Positions 62,701 to 64,000 of a DNA stretch of 64,000 nt are shown here, in pieces (the first letter of the stretch is position 1; each line of letters begins with the position of its first letter). A model generated the notes under the pieces. The model ran no database searches. It was not told where the DNA came from and saw only the letters and a list, made by a program, of their open reading frames with translations. Origin of the DNA: Phoronis australis. Its lineage: Eukaryota > Animalia > Phoronida. The translations under genes and the position numbers were made by a program. The stretch is taken from NCBI GenBank assembly GCA_002633005.1, contig NMRA01000855.1, forward strand, positions 1 to 64,000. Reading direction: 5' to 3'.

Positions 62701-64000
62701 ATCCAGGACACCGGTAAATGACTGTTATCACATTACGCGTAGTAATTAGCTTCTCATTGAATCAAAACAACAAGACCGGCAACATAGAAATTGTGGCTAC
62801 CAACATTCAGATGTAGTATCTGCATCAGCCTACATCACATCCACTGTTTGTAAATATGAGGGTATTAATCTCTTCAACTATCTTTTATTTTTGTTTATTT
62901 GTAGACATTTATTGTTGTTATTTATTATAGTGATGTAAGGATGCTAGCGAATAACAAGTACGTAACATCAAATACAGAATATTCACCATACAGCCCAGTC
63001 TCAGTGGGCTTACTCAGTCACCTTATAACAAAACCATACCCATAACATAATATAATGCACACACTCAAGGTAAATCTGACAACTATAGATTAGTTTACAA
63101 ACAAATAATTACTTCTAAACTGCAAAGCATCTTGCATGAACTTTTAATACACCTGGATTGCTCATTTTAAAATTAATTTTCCAGAAAAACAAGCGGAAAA
63201 TAGCCCAAACACAATGTTGAAAACATTTTGACAACACCAGACATTTTGGCTTGAGTCCATGCTGACAATCATGAACATGTTGTTGGCCGGCATGAGAAAC
63301 AAGTTCCCGCCAAATGAAATAGGATTGCCCATCTCAGCAGGTGATTTGCGAACTCATAATTGATCCTGTCTGCTTAAACTGGCGCTTAAAACTGGCGATA
63401 AACAGTTGGGTAAGTTCTTGTTATGGGATTTACAGAGGCATCCAGACACTTTCACAAATGTCAAGATGAGTTTACAAACATTAAGTAATGTTTGCAAATG
63501 CCTACAAACCGTTGACCTCTGATTACACTTGTAAAAAATTCAGGCTTGGTGCAGGGGGAAGTTTAACAGATTCATGAAATAATCCACAAAACTGAACTTA
63601 GGGATAATAACTGTTCGGTGGGTTGCATTTTGCACTGGTGTTTTGCATTAAAGCAGACACGTTGCAAAAAATAAAAGCACACCATGTGAATGACCCTGTG
63701 GGAAATTGCTCAGTCTATCAAAATATTTACATGCACTGACGTCTGACCTCTTGTGGTGACCAGCGTAAAAGTTGTAATTGGTTCTACAAAGGGCTCTAAC
63801 CCAAGGGCTCTTGGAGAAGGAGATCCAGTTCAAACTAGTTTCAGCCGGATTGGCACCAGCAAGCAACTGGATTGCACCAGTGATGCAATTCCACATCTAT
63901 AAATATGAGGCTTGATACAGAAAAGAGCATTATTTCCACAGGAGCTCATCAAGGAAAGACAAACTCAACACTTTGACAGTGATCAAAGAGACTGCACTAG

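Noticed and set aside
63840-63896. Allatostatin-C/somatostatin-like peptide in WCNPVACW
   Set aside because: Cys spacing is C-x4-C rather than C-x6-C, no preceding dibasic site, and the reading frame is unverified.

Overview
AT-rich, intron-containing animal (invertebrate-type) genomic DNA with small assembly gaps; the six-frame ORF track is mostly spurious. Manual splicing recovers two co-oriented (+ strand), paralogous secreted prepropeptide genes. Gene A has coding exons 7281-7410 and 8310-8809 (209 aa). Gene B has coding exons 40702-40813, 46048-46218 and 49671-50104 (238 aa), with a candidate CCAAT/TATA promoter and non-coding first exon near 34.6 kb. Both have a signal peptide, phase-1 introns, repeated R-[NA]-[FW]-G-x-x-(G) peptide units (best copies KR-NWGKY-G-R and KR-NFGTF-G-R, predicting NWGKY-amide and NFGTF-amide) and a shared C-terminal helix (IRKMIYEEIERLF / LRQMIDEELEKVM). 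I cannot assign them to a named neuropeptide family. The rest of the window is dense with non-autonomous DNA transposons (Tc2/pogo-like, piggyBac, Kolobok with a THAP remnant, hAT-like, Helentron-associated HINE/pearl-like), a LINE 3' remnant and a tRNA-derived foldback. The HINE-like elements between the two genes carry regularly spaced, same-orientation arrays of CTCF-consensus motifs.
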